This document shows, in pieces, positions 8,123 through 16,422 of a DNA stretch of 64,000 bases (its first letter is position 1; each line of letters starts with the position of its first letter). Origin of the DNA: a virus (Duplodnaviria > Heunggongvirae > Uroviricota > Caudoviricetes > Straboviridae). Under the pieces are notes generated by a model, which made no database searches, was not told where the DNA came from, and was given only the letters and a program-made list of their open reading frames with translations. The stretch covers positions 64,001 to 128,000 of the IMG/VR virus record IMGVR_UViG_2974656882_000001; one strand, given 5' to 3'. A program made the position numbers and the translations under genes.

Positions 8123-9073
8123 ATGAAAGCGTACCATGATTTATTGCAAAAAATTCTTGATGAAGGTGAAGAAGTTACCAATGAGCGCACAGGCGTAGGT
8201 ACACTTTCAATATTCGCCGAACAAATTAAGTTTGACTTACGTGAAGGCTTTCCGGCAGTTACGACTAAAAAGCTTGCATTCAAATCGATGATCGCTGAAT
8301 TATTATGGTTCATCCGCGGTTCATCAAATTTATATGATCTTCGTGCATTGACCCACGGTGAAGAGCATCGATTTAATGATGAAAAGAAAACAATTTGGGA
8401 TGACAATTACAATGTTCAAGGCAAAGAACTTGGCTATTCTAATGGATATTGCGGATTAGTGTATGGTACTCAATGGCGTAACTTTGGGCCAACCGGTGTC
8501 AATGTTGAAGAAGATTTCGGCGGGACATATTATCATGATGTTCCTGGTGTAGATCAGCTTGCCGAGATGATCAAAGAAGCAAAAGCCAATCCTGGCTCAC
8601 GACGCCTAATTGTCGAGGCATGGAACCCACAATTAATTTGGGAGCATAAAACTCTACCTGGTTATGAGTCACACTATGAAATCCAAAAGCCTATTTTGCC
8701 GCCGTGTCATACTGGGTTCCAAATTAATATTTCTGGTGAATTTATTGATATGATTTGGCAACAACGCAGTGTAGATACATTCTTAGGGCTGCCATTTAAT
8801 ATTGCATCTTATGCTGCATTGTTGAGAATTTTCGGACAGATTCTTGACAAAACACCACGTTATTTAACCGGGCAACTTGGTGATGTGCATATTTACAAAA
8901 ATCATATCGAGCAAGTCAAAGAGCAATTGACACGTGAAGAATATGATTTGCCTATTCTTACAATTAATCCAAATCTTAAGACACTTGAAGATTTTGAAAA
9001 AGCTGTAGTAGGTGATTTCACTCTAATTGGATACAAACATCATGAAGCAATCAAAGCTCAAATGGCTGCTTAA
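8123..9073 (+). CDS. td: Thymidylate synthase, intronless
   Basis: ERTGVGT, LPPCH, QRSVDTFLGLPFNIASY, GDVHIYKNH; continuous ORF across the T4 intron site. Confidence 0.97.
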   Translation: MKAYHDLLQKILDEGEEVTNERTGVGTLSIFAEQIKFDLREGFPAVTTKKLAFKSMIAELLWFIRGSSNLYDLRALTHGEEHRFNDEKKTIWDDNYNVQGKELGYSNGYCGLVYGTQWRNFGPTGVNVEEDFGGTYYHDVPGVDQLAEMIKEAKANPGSRRLIVEAWNPQLIWEHKTLPGYESHYEIQKPILPPCHTGFQINISGEFIDMIWQQRSVDTFLGLPFNIASYAALLRIFGQILDKTPRYLTGQLGDVHIYKNHIEQVKEQLTREEYDLPILTINPNLKTLEDFEKAVVGDFTLIGYKHHEAIKAQMAA

Positions 9074-9086
9074 AGTTTTATTTGCA

Positions 9087-9251
9087 ATGACGGAATTCTG
9101 GTTCTTCGGAATTCCTATTGCAGGTGGATTTGCTGCATTGGTATACATCGCTACCTCTGACCAAACTTCTGCATTATTTACATTCTGTTGGGCGGCATTT
9201 ATATATTTCTTGCTTGACTTTTCCGATACAAAGGAAAAGATTCAAAAATGA
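9087..9251 (+). CDS. Small two-TM membrane protein, 54 aa
   Basis: MTEFWFFGIPIAGGFAALVYIAT...LFTFCWAAFIYFLLDF; weak SD. Confidence 0.5.
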   Translation: MTEFWFFGIPIAGGFAALVYIATSDQTSALFTFCWAAFIYFLLDFSDTKEKIQK

Positions 9252-9254
9252 TTT

Positions 9255-9989
9255 CTATATAAATTTGAATTCAGGAAATTTATCGCTATTACATCTAGAT
9301 CTTACCACAGAGATACTAAGATCTAGTTTTTCTGCAGCCTCTCTGCAACAGCTATAGTGAATTCCATAAATTGACACAGGTTTTCTATTTCCTGGGTCTT
9401 TGCCTTTATGTATTTTTGATAGTTTTTGTTTAAACTCATCTGAATGATCTTTACCGTAAAACGGGTTGCGTGTACCGACCATATTACGTCTTAACTGGCC
9501 TTTGCTCATGTTTTCACGTATTACTTGCGCTTTATCCAAGGAGTATACCTCTTCCAGTTTTTTACCTTTAAGGCAATTAGGGCGTCCAAATTTCGACTTG
9601 CGTTCGTCGGGACTTAACTTACAATTATTTGTGTGAATTGATTTAGCAATTTTAGCTAAAATTTTCTCTTTATTTGGGTGAGCAGATAGTGTGTCACCAA
9701 ATGATGCATCGGCAATATTATATCCATTTAGCTTACTGTTCATTTCAGAAATCCAGAAATTTTCTCGTTCTATGATTAAATCTTTAGAATATTCAAGCTC
9801 TTCAAGTATAGATGGAATAAATACCTTTTTGCCGTACTTATTATATGAACGTTGCAGTTTTATACTTGAATGAGTACCATTTTCCAAGTCTTTGAAATGA
9901 CGCGCCCATCTTTTGCTAAAGTCTTTAGCACTACCGACATAGCATTTATTTGTAATAATGTTGGTGATTTTGTAGATTCCAGAAGCCAT
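9255..9989 (-). mobile_element. Free-standing GIY-YIG homing endonuclease, I-TevI homolog, 244 aa
   Basis: SGIYKI..YVGSAKDFSKRWARHFKDLENGTHSSIKLQRSYNK..IIERENFWI..GYNIADASFGD matches recalled I-TevI; NUMOD3 and HTH C-terminus. Confidence 0.93.
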
Positions 9990-10015
9990 AATAGGTTATC
10001 CATTCAATTATATGC

Positions 10016-10023
10016 TATTTATA
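10016..10023 (-). promoter_or_regulatory. Late promoter for the GIY-YIG gene
   Basis: Perfect TATAAATA on the - strand, 26 nt upstream of the ATG. Confidence 0.8.
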
Positions 10024-10071
10024 TAATAGTATTACAATATACACATACAGTTTCAACGAGGAAATCAGTTA

Positions 10072-12483
10072 GTGAAAGTTATTAAGTCAAGTGGTATTGC
10101 ACAAGAATTCGATTCATCTAAAATTATTCAAGTTTTAGAATGGTCCTGTGAAAGTACCCAAATCAACCCGTATGAATTATTTGAACGGTGCCGTCCATTT
10201 TTTAAAGATGGTATGTCGACGACAGAAATTCAACGTGCTATTGTAAAGGTTGCAGCAGATTCTATTAGTGCAGAAGAATCTGATTACCAATATGTTGCAT
10301 CTAACCTGGCATTGTTTGGACTTCGTAAAGATGTCTTTGGACAATTTGATCCACCTAAATTATTTGATCATGTTAAAAGTGGTGTCGAGCAAGGAGTATA
10401 TGATCCTGAATTGCTCACAAAATGGACAGCTGACGATTATGAAATTTTAGAAAGTATTCTTGATCATGACCGTGATTTTAATTTTACGTATGCAGGTGCA
10501 ATGCAAGTAAAAGATAAGTATCTTGTAAAAGATCGATCTTCTGGTAAAATTTACGAAACGCCACAATTTATGTTCATGCTTATTGGCATGTGTTTGCATC
10601 AAGATGAGCCTCAATCTCTTCGTTTCAAATATGTAAAAGATTTTTATGATGCAGCGTCATTAAAACAAATTTCTTTGCCGACACCAATTCTTGCAGGTGT
10701 TCGTACACCGACACGCCAATTTAGTTCATGTGTATTAATTGAATCCGGAGATAGCCTAGACTCAATTACAGAAAGTACATCAGCTATTGTCAAATATGTT
10801 TCTAAACGTGCTGGCATTGGTATTGCTGGCGGTGCAATTCGTGCTGAAGGTTCTAAGATTGGACCAGGCGAAGTCAAGCATACCGGTGTAACTCCATTCT
10901 GGAAACTTAAAAATGCTGCTGTTCACTCATGTTCACAAGGTGGCATTCGTAAAGGTTCTGCTACTTGCTATTGGCCAATTTGGCACCTTGAATGCGAGAA
11001 CTTGATGGTCCTCAAAAACAATAAGGGTATTGAAGAAAACCGTATCCGTCACATGGACTATGGCATTCAAATTAATAATCTTATGATTGAGCGTTATTTG
11101 AATAACGACTATGTTACGTTGTTTAGCCCAGATGTATTAGACGGCAAATTATATGATGCATATTTCAGAGATGAAGATCTATTCCGCGAACTATATGAAA
11201 ATTTAGAAAAAGATTCTAATGTTCGTAAAAAACGTATTAAAGCAGCGGAATTGTTCATGGGGCTCTTCATGACTGAACGAGCAAACACTGCTCGTTTATA
11301 TCCATCTCATGTTGACAACACAAACAATTACGGTCCTTGGATTCGTCAAATTGCACCTGTAAAAATGTCTAATCTGTGCGCAGAAATTGCTTTACACACT
11401 GTTGCATTAGGTACATACAAGGATCAACGTATTGCAGTTGCATCTGGAGACATTGTTAAGTTCATCGAAACATATGGAACCAACCAAGTTGTGCTGCCTA
11501 CAAATTCTGAGCTGTTCAAACGAGTAGATCCAGATTATGAATCGTCTAAAGGTGAAATTGCATTCAATATTCAAGAGGACCTTGGTGAAATCGCTCTTTG
11601 TACTTTAAGTGCATGGGTCCTTGATAATTTCGACTGGAAAAATCAAGAAGAAGTCAACCGCATTGGCATGGTAATGGTACGTGCACTTGATAACTTATTA
11701 GATTATCAAGACTATCCTCATAAAAATGCATTGAAGGCAAAAGAATATCGTTCTTTAGGCATTGGTGTTACAAACTTTGCAGCATGGTTAGCTTCAAATG
11801 CATGTTCATATGAAGACGGCAATGAAATTACTCATGAGTTATTTGAACGTCTTCAATACGCACTAATCAAAGCCTCTATTGATTTAGCCAAAGAGAAAGG
11901 CCCTTCCCCACAATTATGGAAGACCAAATATGGGCGTGGTGAATTACCTATTGATTGGTATTGCAAAAATGTCGATGAATTAGTAGCGCCAAATTATGTT
12001 TTAGACTGGGAAGGCCTACGTATTGACCTTAAAGAATTTGGTATGCGTAACGTAACGTTATCTGCTCAGATGCCTTGTGAGTCTTCAAGTCAAGTGTCTA
12101 ATTCTACCAATGGCATTGAAAAACCTCTTAAACCTGTTTCATATAAGCAGTCTAAAGATGGTTCATTTAACCAAGTAGTTCCAAACTATGAAGCCAATCA
12201 GCTGTTCTATGACTTCGCATGGGAATCTGCAGCTCGGGATGGCAACAAAGGTTACTTAACACAAATGGCTATTGAGCAAAAATGGACAGATCAAGCGATT
12301 TCGATCAATACATATTACGTGCCTGTTAGTTATGAAAACGGTAAAGTTCCTATGTCACAAATGATGGATGATATGTTATTCTGTTTCTATTACGGAAACA
12401 AAAACATGTATTATCACAACACAGACGATGGCTCTGGTGCAGATGATTCGAATTCTGCCGATTGTGATGCATGCAAACTCTAA
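10072..12483 (+). CDS. nrdA: Class Ia ribonucleotide reductase alpha subunit
   Basis: GAGG SD plus GTG; ATP cone; QFSSCV, SNLCAE, ALCTLS, C-terminal CDACKL. Confidence 0.97.
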   Translation: MKVIKSSGIAQEFDSSKIIQVLEWSCESTQINPYELFERCRPFFKDGMSTTEIQRAIVKVAADSISAEESDYQYVASNLALFGLRKDVFGQFDPPKLFDHVKSGVEQGVYDPELLTKWTADDYEILESILDHDRDFNFTYAGAMQVKDKYLVKDRSSGKIYETPQFMFMLIGMCLHQDEPQSLRFKYVKDFYDAASLKQISLPTPILAGVRTPTRQFSSCVLIESGDSLDSITESTSAIVKYVSKRAGIGIAGGAIRAEGSKIGPGEVKHTGVTPFWKLKNAAVHSCSQGGIRKGSATCYWPIWHLECENLMVLKNNKGIEENRIRHMDYGIQINNLMIERYLNNDYVTLFSPDVLDGKLYDAYFRDEDLFRELYENLEKDSNVRKKRIKAAELFMGLFMTERANTARLYPSHVDNTNNYGPWIRQIAPVKMSNLCAEIALHTVALGTYKDQRIAVASGDIVKFIETYGTNQVVLPTNSELFKRVDPDYESSKGEIAFNIQEDLGEIALCTLSAWVLDNFDWKNQEEVNRIGMVMVRALDNLLDYQDYPHKNALKAKEYRSLGIGVTNFAAWLASNACSYEDGNEITHELFERLQYALIKASIDLAKEKGPSPQLWKTKYGRGELPIDWYCKNVDELVAPNYVLDWEGLRIDLKEFGMRNVTLSAQMPCESSSQVSNSTNGIEKPLKPVSYKQSKDGSFNQVVPNYEANQLFYDFAWESAARDGNKGYLTQMAIEQKWTDQAISINTYYVPVSYENGKVPMSQMMDDMLFCFYYGNKNMYYHNTDDGSGADDSNSADCDACKL

Positions 12484-12503
12484 TTTGTGGTAAAATATTA
12501 ACC

Positions 12504-12523
12504 TGGGCCTCGTAAGAGGTCCA
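12504..12523 (+). terminator. nrdA-nrdB intergenic hairpin
   Basis: TGGGCCTC-GTAA-GAGGTCCA; no T tail, so terminator function is uncertain. Confidence 0.4.
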
Positions 12524-12543
12524 CATATTCAAGGAATTTTTAA

Positions 12544-13695
12544 ATGAGCAATACTGTTTTTAATCAATTAGCAAATCATATGCTTCAGCCGATGTTCTTT
12601 GGTGAGGACACTGGCGTAGCACGCTACGAAGAAGTTAAACATGAAAAATTTGAAGAGCTAACAACAAAGCAACTCTCGTTTTTCTGGCGTCCTGAAGAGG
12701 TAAATCTAACCACCGACAAAGCCCAATTTGATAAACTCTGGGAGTCCGGCAGAGGTTACCTGCAAGAAATCTTTACAAACAATTTAGGTTATCAAATCCT
12801 TATGGATTCGGTACAAGGAAGAGCACCTGCGATTGTTTTAGCATCAATATGTTCTGATGTTGCATTAGAAACATGGATTATGACATGGACATTCAGTGAA
12901 ACAATTCACTCTCGTTCATATACTCATATTATTCGTAATTTGTACTCTGATCCTTCTAAAATCTTTGACGGTGTTGTTGCTAATAAAGAAATTATGGCTC
13001 GTGCTACAGCAATTTGTGAACGATATGACAAATTACACGAATTAGTAATTTTATATCAAGCTGACAAAATTCGTGATCAAGTACGCCCAGGCCAGTTACG
13101 TGAAGTTAAGAAAGCATTATACATGTGTCTTCATGCAATCAATGCTCTTGAAGCTATTCGGTTTTATGTTTCATTCATCTCAACTTGGAACTTCTTTGAA
13201 AACATGAAAATCATGGAAGGTAACATGAAAATCATGCAATTCATTGCACGAGATGAGAACTTGCACCACCAAGGTACACGTTATATTCTTCAACAAATGA
13301 ATAAAGGCATCGATGGTACAGAATGGCGCGAAATTGCGCTTGAATGTAAAGATGACGCAGAACAGTTATTCATTGAAGTTCGCAATCAAGAACGTGCTTG
13401 GGCTTCATATGTTTATCGTAATGGGTGCCCAGATGGCTTAACCGTTGAATTAGTTTGGGATTTCATTGACTACCAATTAGTGCCGGCGATGAATAATGTA
13501 GGACTAACTTGTCCTATCGAACGCCCTAAACGTCACCCTCTGCCTTGGGTAAACAAATACTTAATGGCATCGTCTGTCCAAGTTGCAAAACAAGAGGCAG
13601 AATTAAGTTCTTACTTAATTTCACAAATTGACAATGATGTTGATGATAATATTATTGCACAATTTAGAGAGAAATATTTACCTAAGCGTAAGTAA
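12544..13695 (+). CDS. nrdB: Ribonucleotide reductase beta subunit, intronless
   Basis: FFWRPEEV, SETIHSRSY, ALEAIRFYVSF, ARDENLH. Confidence 0.97.
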   Translation: MSNTVFNQLANHMLQPMFFGEDTGVARYEEVKHEKFEELTTKQLSFFWRPEEVNLTTDKAQFDKLWESGRGYLQEIFTNNLGYQILMDSVQGRAPAIVLASICSDVALETWIMTWTFSETIHSRSYTHIIRNLYSDPSKIFDGVVANKEIMARATAICERYDKLHELVILYQADKIRDQVRPGQLREVKKALYMCLHAINALEAIRFYVSFISTWNFFENMKIMEGNMKIMQFIARDENLHHQGTRYILQQMNKGIDGTEWREIALECKDDAEQLFIEVRNQERAWASYVYRNGCPDGLTVELVWDFIDYQLVPAMNNVGLTCPIERPKRHPLPWVNKYLMASSVQVAKQEAELSSYLISQIDNDVDDNIIAQFREKYLPKRK

Positions 13696-13698
13696 TCC

Positions 13699-13783
13699 TA
13701 GTTACAAAAATATTAATAGATTTGTAACTATGGCACTCTAAGTTATTGATATTTGAAGTAATTTTCTAGAGTGCCACTTCAAA
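13699..13783. other. Two adjacent 10-bp inverted repeats with possible pseudoknot
   Basis: TAGTTACAAA/TTTGTAACTA; TGGCACTCTA/TAGAGTGCCA; loop TTTGAAGT pairs with ACTTCAAA 13776-83. Confidence 0.6.
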
Positions 13784-13787
13784 AAGT

Positions 13788-13795
13788 TATAAATA
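13788..13795 (+). promoter_or_regulatory. Late promoter with no downstream CDS before the terminator
   Basis: Perfect TATAAATA. Confidence 0.75.
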
Positions 13796-13796
13796 A

Positions 13797-13895
13797 CAAC
13801 GTTATTTGTTATTACGTTGGTTATCTGGTCCGGGAACCGGACCAGTCTGCTGCAGATGCATTTGATTATAAGGAGCTTAGTGCTCCTTTCTTTTT
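13797..13895 (+). ncRNA. Candidate ~100-nt late small RNA
   Basis: Bounded by late promoter and terminator; hairpins CAACGT/ACGTTG and CTGGTCCGG-GAA-CCGGACCAG; no SD-led ORF. Confidence 0.55.
13870..13895 (+). terminator. Intrinsic terminator
   Basis: AAGGAGC-TTAGT-GCTCCTT-TCTTTTT. Confidence 0.8.
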
Positions 13896-13937
13896 GATTA
13901 AAGAAAATAGAAACGTGGCTTTGCCACTACACAACAG

Positions 13938-13963
13938 TGCTTTTTATTTTCTAATAGTATAAT
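13938..13963 (+). promoter_or_regulatory. Middle promoter for rnlA
   Basis: TGCTTTT, 13 nt, TATAAT. Confidence 0.6.
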
Positions 13964-13987
13964 GGCACTATAAACTAGGAGATTACC

Positions 13988-15136
13988 ATGGACAAACTTT
14001 TCAAAAATCTAATGGCGTTAGTTGATCCAGAAGATTTCTCAAAATTCTTTTATAAAGACTTCGTTACGCCAATGGGCACTTCAGTGCGAATCTTTTCATA
14101 TAACTATGCATCATACACCGATTGGCTAAACGAAGATGCACTAGAAGCACGTGGCATCATGTTTGAAATGGACGGTGAGACTCCGGTTCGTATTATGTCA
14201 CGCCCAATGGAAAAATTCTTTAACTTAGATGAAACACCATTTACACAAAATCTTGATTTATCTAAAATTGCATATGGCATGGTAAAGGAAGACGGATCAT
14301 TAGTATCAACATACACTGATCACGGATATCTACGTACTAAATCAAAGGCATCAATTTTCTCTACACAAGCAATTGAAGCACAAATGTTATTGTCTAATAT
14401 TGACCATGTCGATTTGCATGATCGCTGTCTCGAACTTGCCAATGAAGGGTATACTTGTAATTTTGAATATGTTTCACCGGGCAATCGTATTGTAATTGCT
14501 TACCCTAAACGAGCGTTAGTACTACTAAACGTACGCAATAATGAAACAGGCAAATATGTCCCATATTCAGAATTGAAACGTGATCCTGTGCTTCGCAAAT
14601 ATTTAGTAGAAGGCTTCCCACTAGCCGAAGGTTCGGATCGTGCTGCAATGGTTGAAGAAATTCGTGCTTCTGAAAATATTGAAGGCTATGTGTTCGTAAT
14701 GGAAGACGGACTCACATTTAAATTGAAGACTGCATGGTATTCAAATCTTCATCGTGTTAAAGATACAATCAATAACGATAAAGACTTATTTGGTGTAATT
14801 GTAGCCGGCGGTTCAGATGATTTGAAATCATTATTTGAAGATGACTACTCGCGATCAAAAATCGAAGCATATGAAAAAATATTCTTTGATTATTTGCGAG
14901 ACTCTTTAAAGGAATTATTAGCGTATCATAAAGAATTTGCAGGTTCTGATCGTAAAACATTTGCAATTAATTCGCAAGCAAAATTCCAGGCGCTTGGGAA
15001 GCCAGAATTATTTGGAATTTCTATGGCAAACTTCAGTGGCACAATGTCACAAGACGATTTAGTCAAAGAAATTAATAAAGTCTTTATGAAAAATACCGAT
15101 CGATATAAACTCAGCGAGTTTTCTACGGAGTCATAA
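13988..15136 (+). CDS. rnlA: RNA ligase 1
   Basis: LEARGIMFE, RPMEKFFNL, adenylation motif KEDGSL, IEGYV..FKLKT. Confidence 0.95.
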   Translation: MDKLFKNLMALVDPEDFSKFFYKDFVTPMGTSVRIFSYNYASYTDWLNEDALEARGIMFEMDGETPVRIMSRPMEKFFNLDETPFTQNLDLSKIAYGMVKEDGSLVSTYTDHGYLRTKSKASIFSTQAIEAQMLLSNIDHVDLHDRCLELANEGYTCNFEYVSPGNRIVIAYPKRALVLLNVRNNETGKYVPYSELKRDPVLRKYLVEGFPLAEGSDRAAMVEEIRASENIEGYVFVMEDGLTFKLKTAWYSNLHRVKDTINNDKDLFGVIVAGGSDDLKSLFEDDYSRSKIEAYEKIFFDYLRDSLKELLAYHKEFAGSDRKTFAINSQAKFQALGKPELFGISMANFSGTMSQDDLVKEINKVFMKNTDRYKLSEFSTES

Positions 15137-15372
15137 TGATTGGCATAGTAATACTACTCATTGTTTTATTAGGTGCTCTATTTCGTAGAAATCGCCAACA
15201 AGCTAGGGCGATTTCTAAATTGAAATATGATGTGTTCTGCGGGAAGCTTAAATTTTATCGAGCTAAAAATGAGTTAAATCGCATCAAAAACCCTTTGCCG
15301 GATTTGTCATCTCTTAAGAAATTAGAGTTCATAGGATTTGATAAAATCGCATTAAATTTTTTCAATAGGTAG
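15136..15372 (+). CDS. Small protein with N-terminal TM and basic tail, 78 aa
   Basis: MIGIVILLIVLLGALFRRNR; GGAG SD; TAATG coupling. Confidence 0.65.
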   Translation: MIGIVILLIVLLGALFRRNRQQARAISKLKYDVFCGKLKFYRAKNELNRIKNPLPDLSSLKKLEFIGFDKIALNFFNR

Positions 15373-15414
15373 TTTACTTTTGATAAGACTATTGATATAA
15401 TGGTCTTATCAAAA
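15372..15414 (+). promoter_or_regulatory. Early promoter for alc with a 12-bp inverted repeat around the -10 box
   Basis: GTTTACT, 17 nt, TATAAT; arms TTTTGATAAGAC 15378-89 and GTCTTATCAAAA 15403-14. Confidence 0.75.
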
Positions 15415-15438
15415 ATATTGTAGAATGAGGAAATTAAT

Positions 15439-15924
15439 ATGAAACACACCGTACATACATTAACTGAAGATGTCTTAGTTGAAATGTTTGGTGATTCCAA
15501 GGATTGGTGTAGTGTTTTTAAAGACGGCAAACGCGTTGGATATTTTGCTGATCTTCGCAAAGAAGTGTTAAAACGACAAACTCTTGCAGATAAAAAGGAA
15601 CGTAAAAAATTCCATGACAGTTTAATGCTTAATGACAATATTAGTGAAACAAAACGCTTCTTAGAATCTCGTTTGAAAAACGCACATGTTTTCATCAATG
15701 AAACTCAGCCTAATGTACATTTAAATGGATCAAAATTTTACATTATTTGCGGAGCAACTCCTAAAATTCGCATGGGTGTAACTCACAAAGAATTAGACTT
15801 TGATCAAATTGTTCAACTAGCCGAACGTGAGGCTCGCCAATCGTCTTCTAAGCGTCATGCATTATTTAGTAACCTTGATCTTGAAGAAGCTGCACAATTG
15901 ATCGAATTACTAGCAGGTAAATAA
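15439..15924 (+). CDS. alc: Alc, host transcription shut-off factor
   Basis: SVFKDGKRVGY and VFINETQPNVHLNG match recalled T4 Alc; synteny after rnlA. Confidence 0.88.
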   Translation: MKHTVHTLTEDVLVEMFGDSKDWCSVFKDGKRVGYFADLRKEVLKRQTLADKKERKKFHDSLMLNDNISETKRFLESRLKNAHVFINETQPNVHLNGSKFYIICGATPKIRMGVTHKELDFDQIVQLAEREARQSSSKRHALFSNLDLEEAAQLIELLAGK

Positions 15925-15925
15925 C

Positions 15926-16105
15926 ATGTATGTATTACTTTTGACTATTACTACATTTGGTTGGTTCACTGATGATAAGACTACTCTTACTATTGATGGA
16001 TTCAAGAGCCAACAGATTTGCCAAATAGCAGGCGAACAATTTAAAGATGAACATACAAAGAAATTTGTATCTAAAGCCACTTATACCTGTGTGAGAAAAT
16101 CATGA
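15926..16105 (+). CDS. Hypothetical protein, 59 aa; below the ORF-track cutoff
   Basis: MYVLLLTITTFGWFTDDKTTLTIDGFKSQQICQIAG...TYTCVRKS; AGGT SD; ATGA overlap with next ORF. Confidence 0.6.
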   Translation: MYVLLLTITTFGWFTDDKTTLTIDGFKSQQICQIAGEQFKDEHTKKFVSKATYTCVRKS

Positions 16106-16422
16106 AAGTAAATCAAGTACTACGCACATATCAAGGATTCTGGAATCCTGTGAACAATCATTCAGTTGTAAGTGAAGATTATTCTGCGCTATATAAATTA
16201 TGTGATGCAGCAGCATACAACGGGCGCTCATATTTAATTCTACGGCAATCTGAATTACCAATGTACATGTTTGGTGATGTAGAGACTTTAGTTACATTTA
16301 CACAAACTGAACAGGAAATCTGTGACTTTAGACGACGTTTATTGATTAACATGTTTTCTAATAATGGCTTCAAAATTGCAGTCGATGATGAATACAAACA
16401 ACTTAAAATATGGTGGGTGTAA
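16102..16422 (+). CDS. Hypothetical protein, 106 aa
   Basis: Coupled ORF in the alc-pseT interval. Confidence 0.7.
   Translation: MKVNQVLRTYQGFWNPVNNHSVVSEDYSALYKLCDAAAYNGRSYLILRQSELPMYMFGDVETLVTFTQTEQEICDFRRRLLINMFSNNGFKIAVDDEYKQLKIWWV

Noticed and set aside
11395-11583. Intein in nrdA
   Set aside because: Only ~50 extra aa, with no N-terminal Cys/Ser block or His-Asn end.
8123-13695. Group I introns in td or nrdB as in T4
   Set aside because: Both ORFs are continuous across the T4 insertion sites.
13771-13962. 63-aa ORF from the track
   Set aside because: GTG start inside a stem, no SD, starts before the late promoter and crosses a terminator.
15136-15372. i-spanin with embedded o-spanin
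   Set aside because: Basic residues follow the TM (suggesting a cytoplasmic C-terminus) and no lipobox ORF in the other frames.
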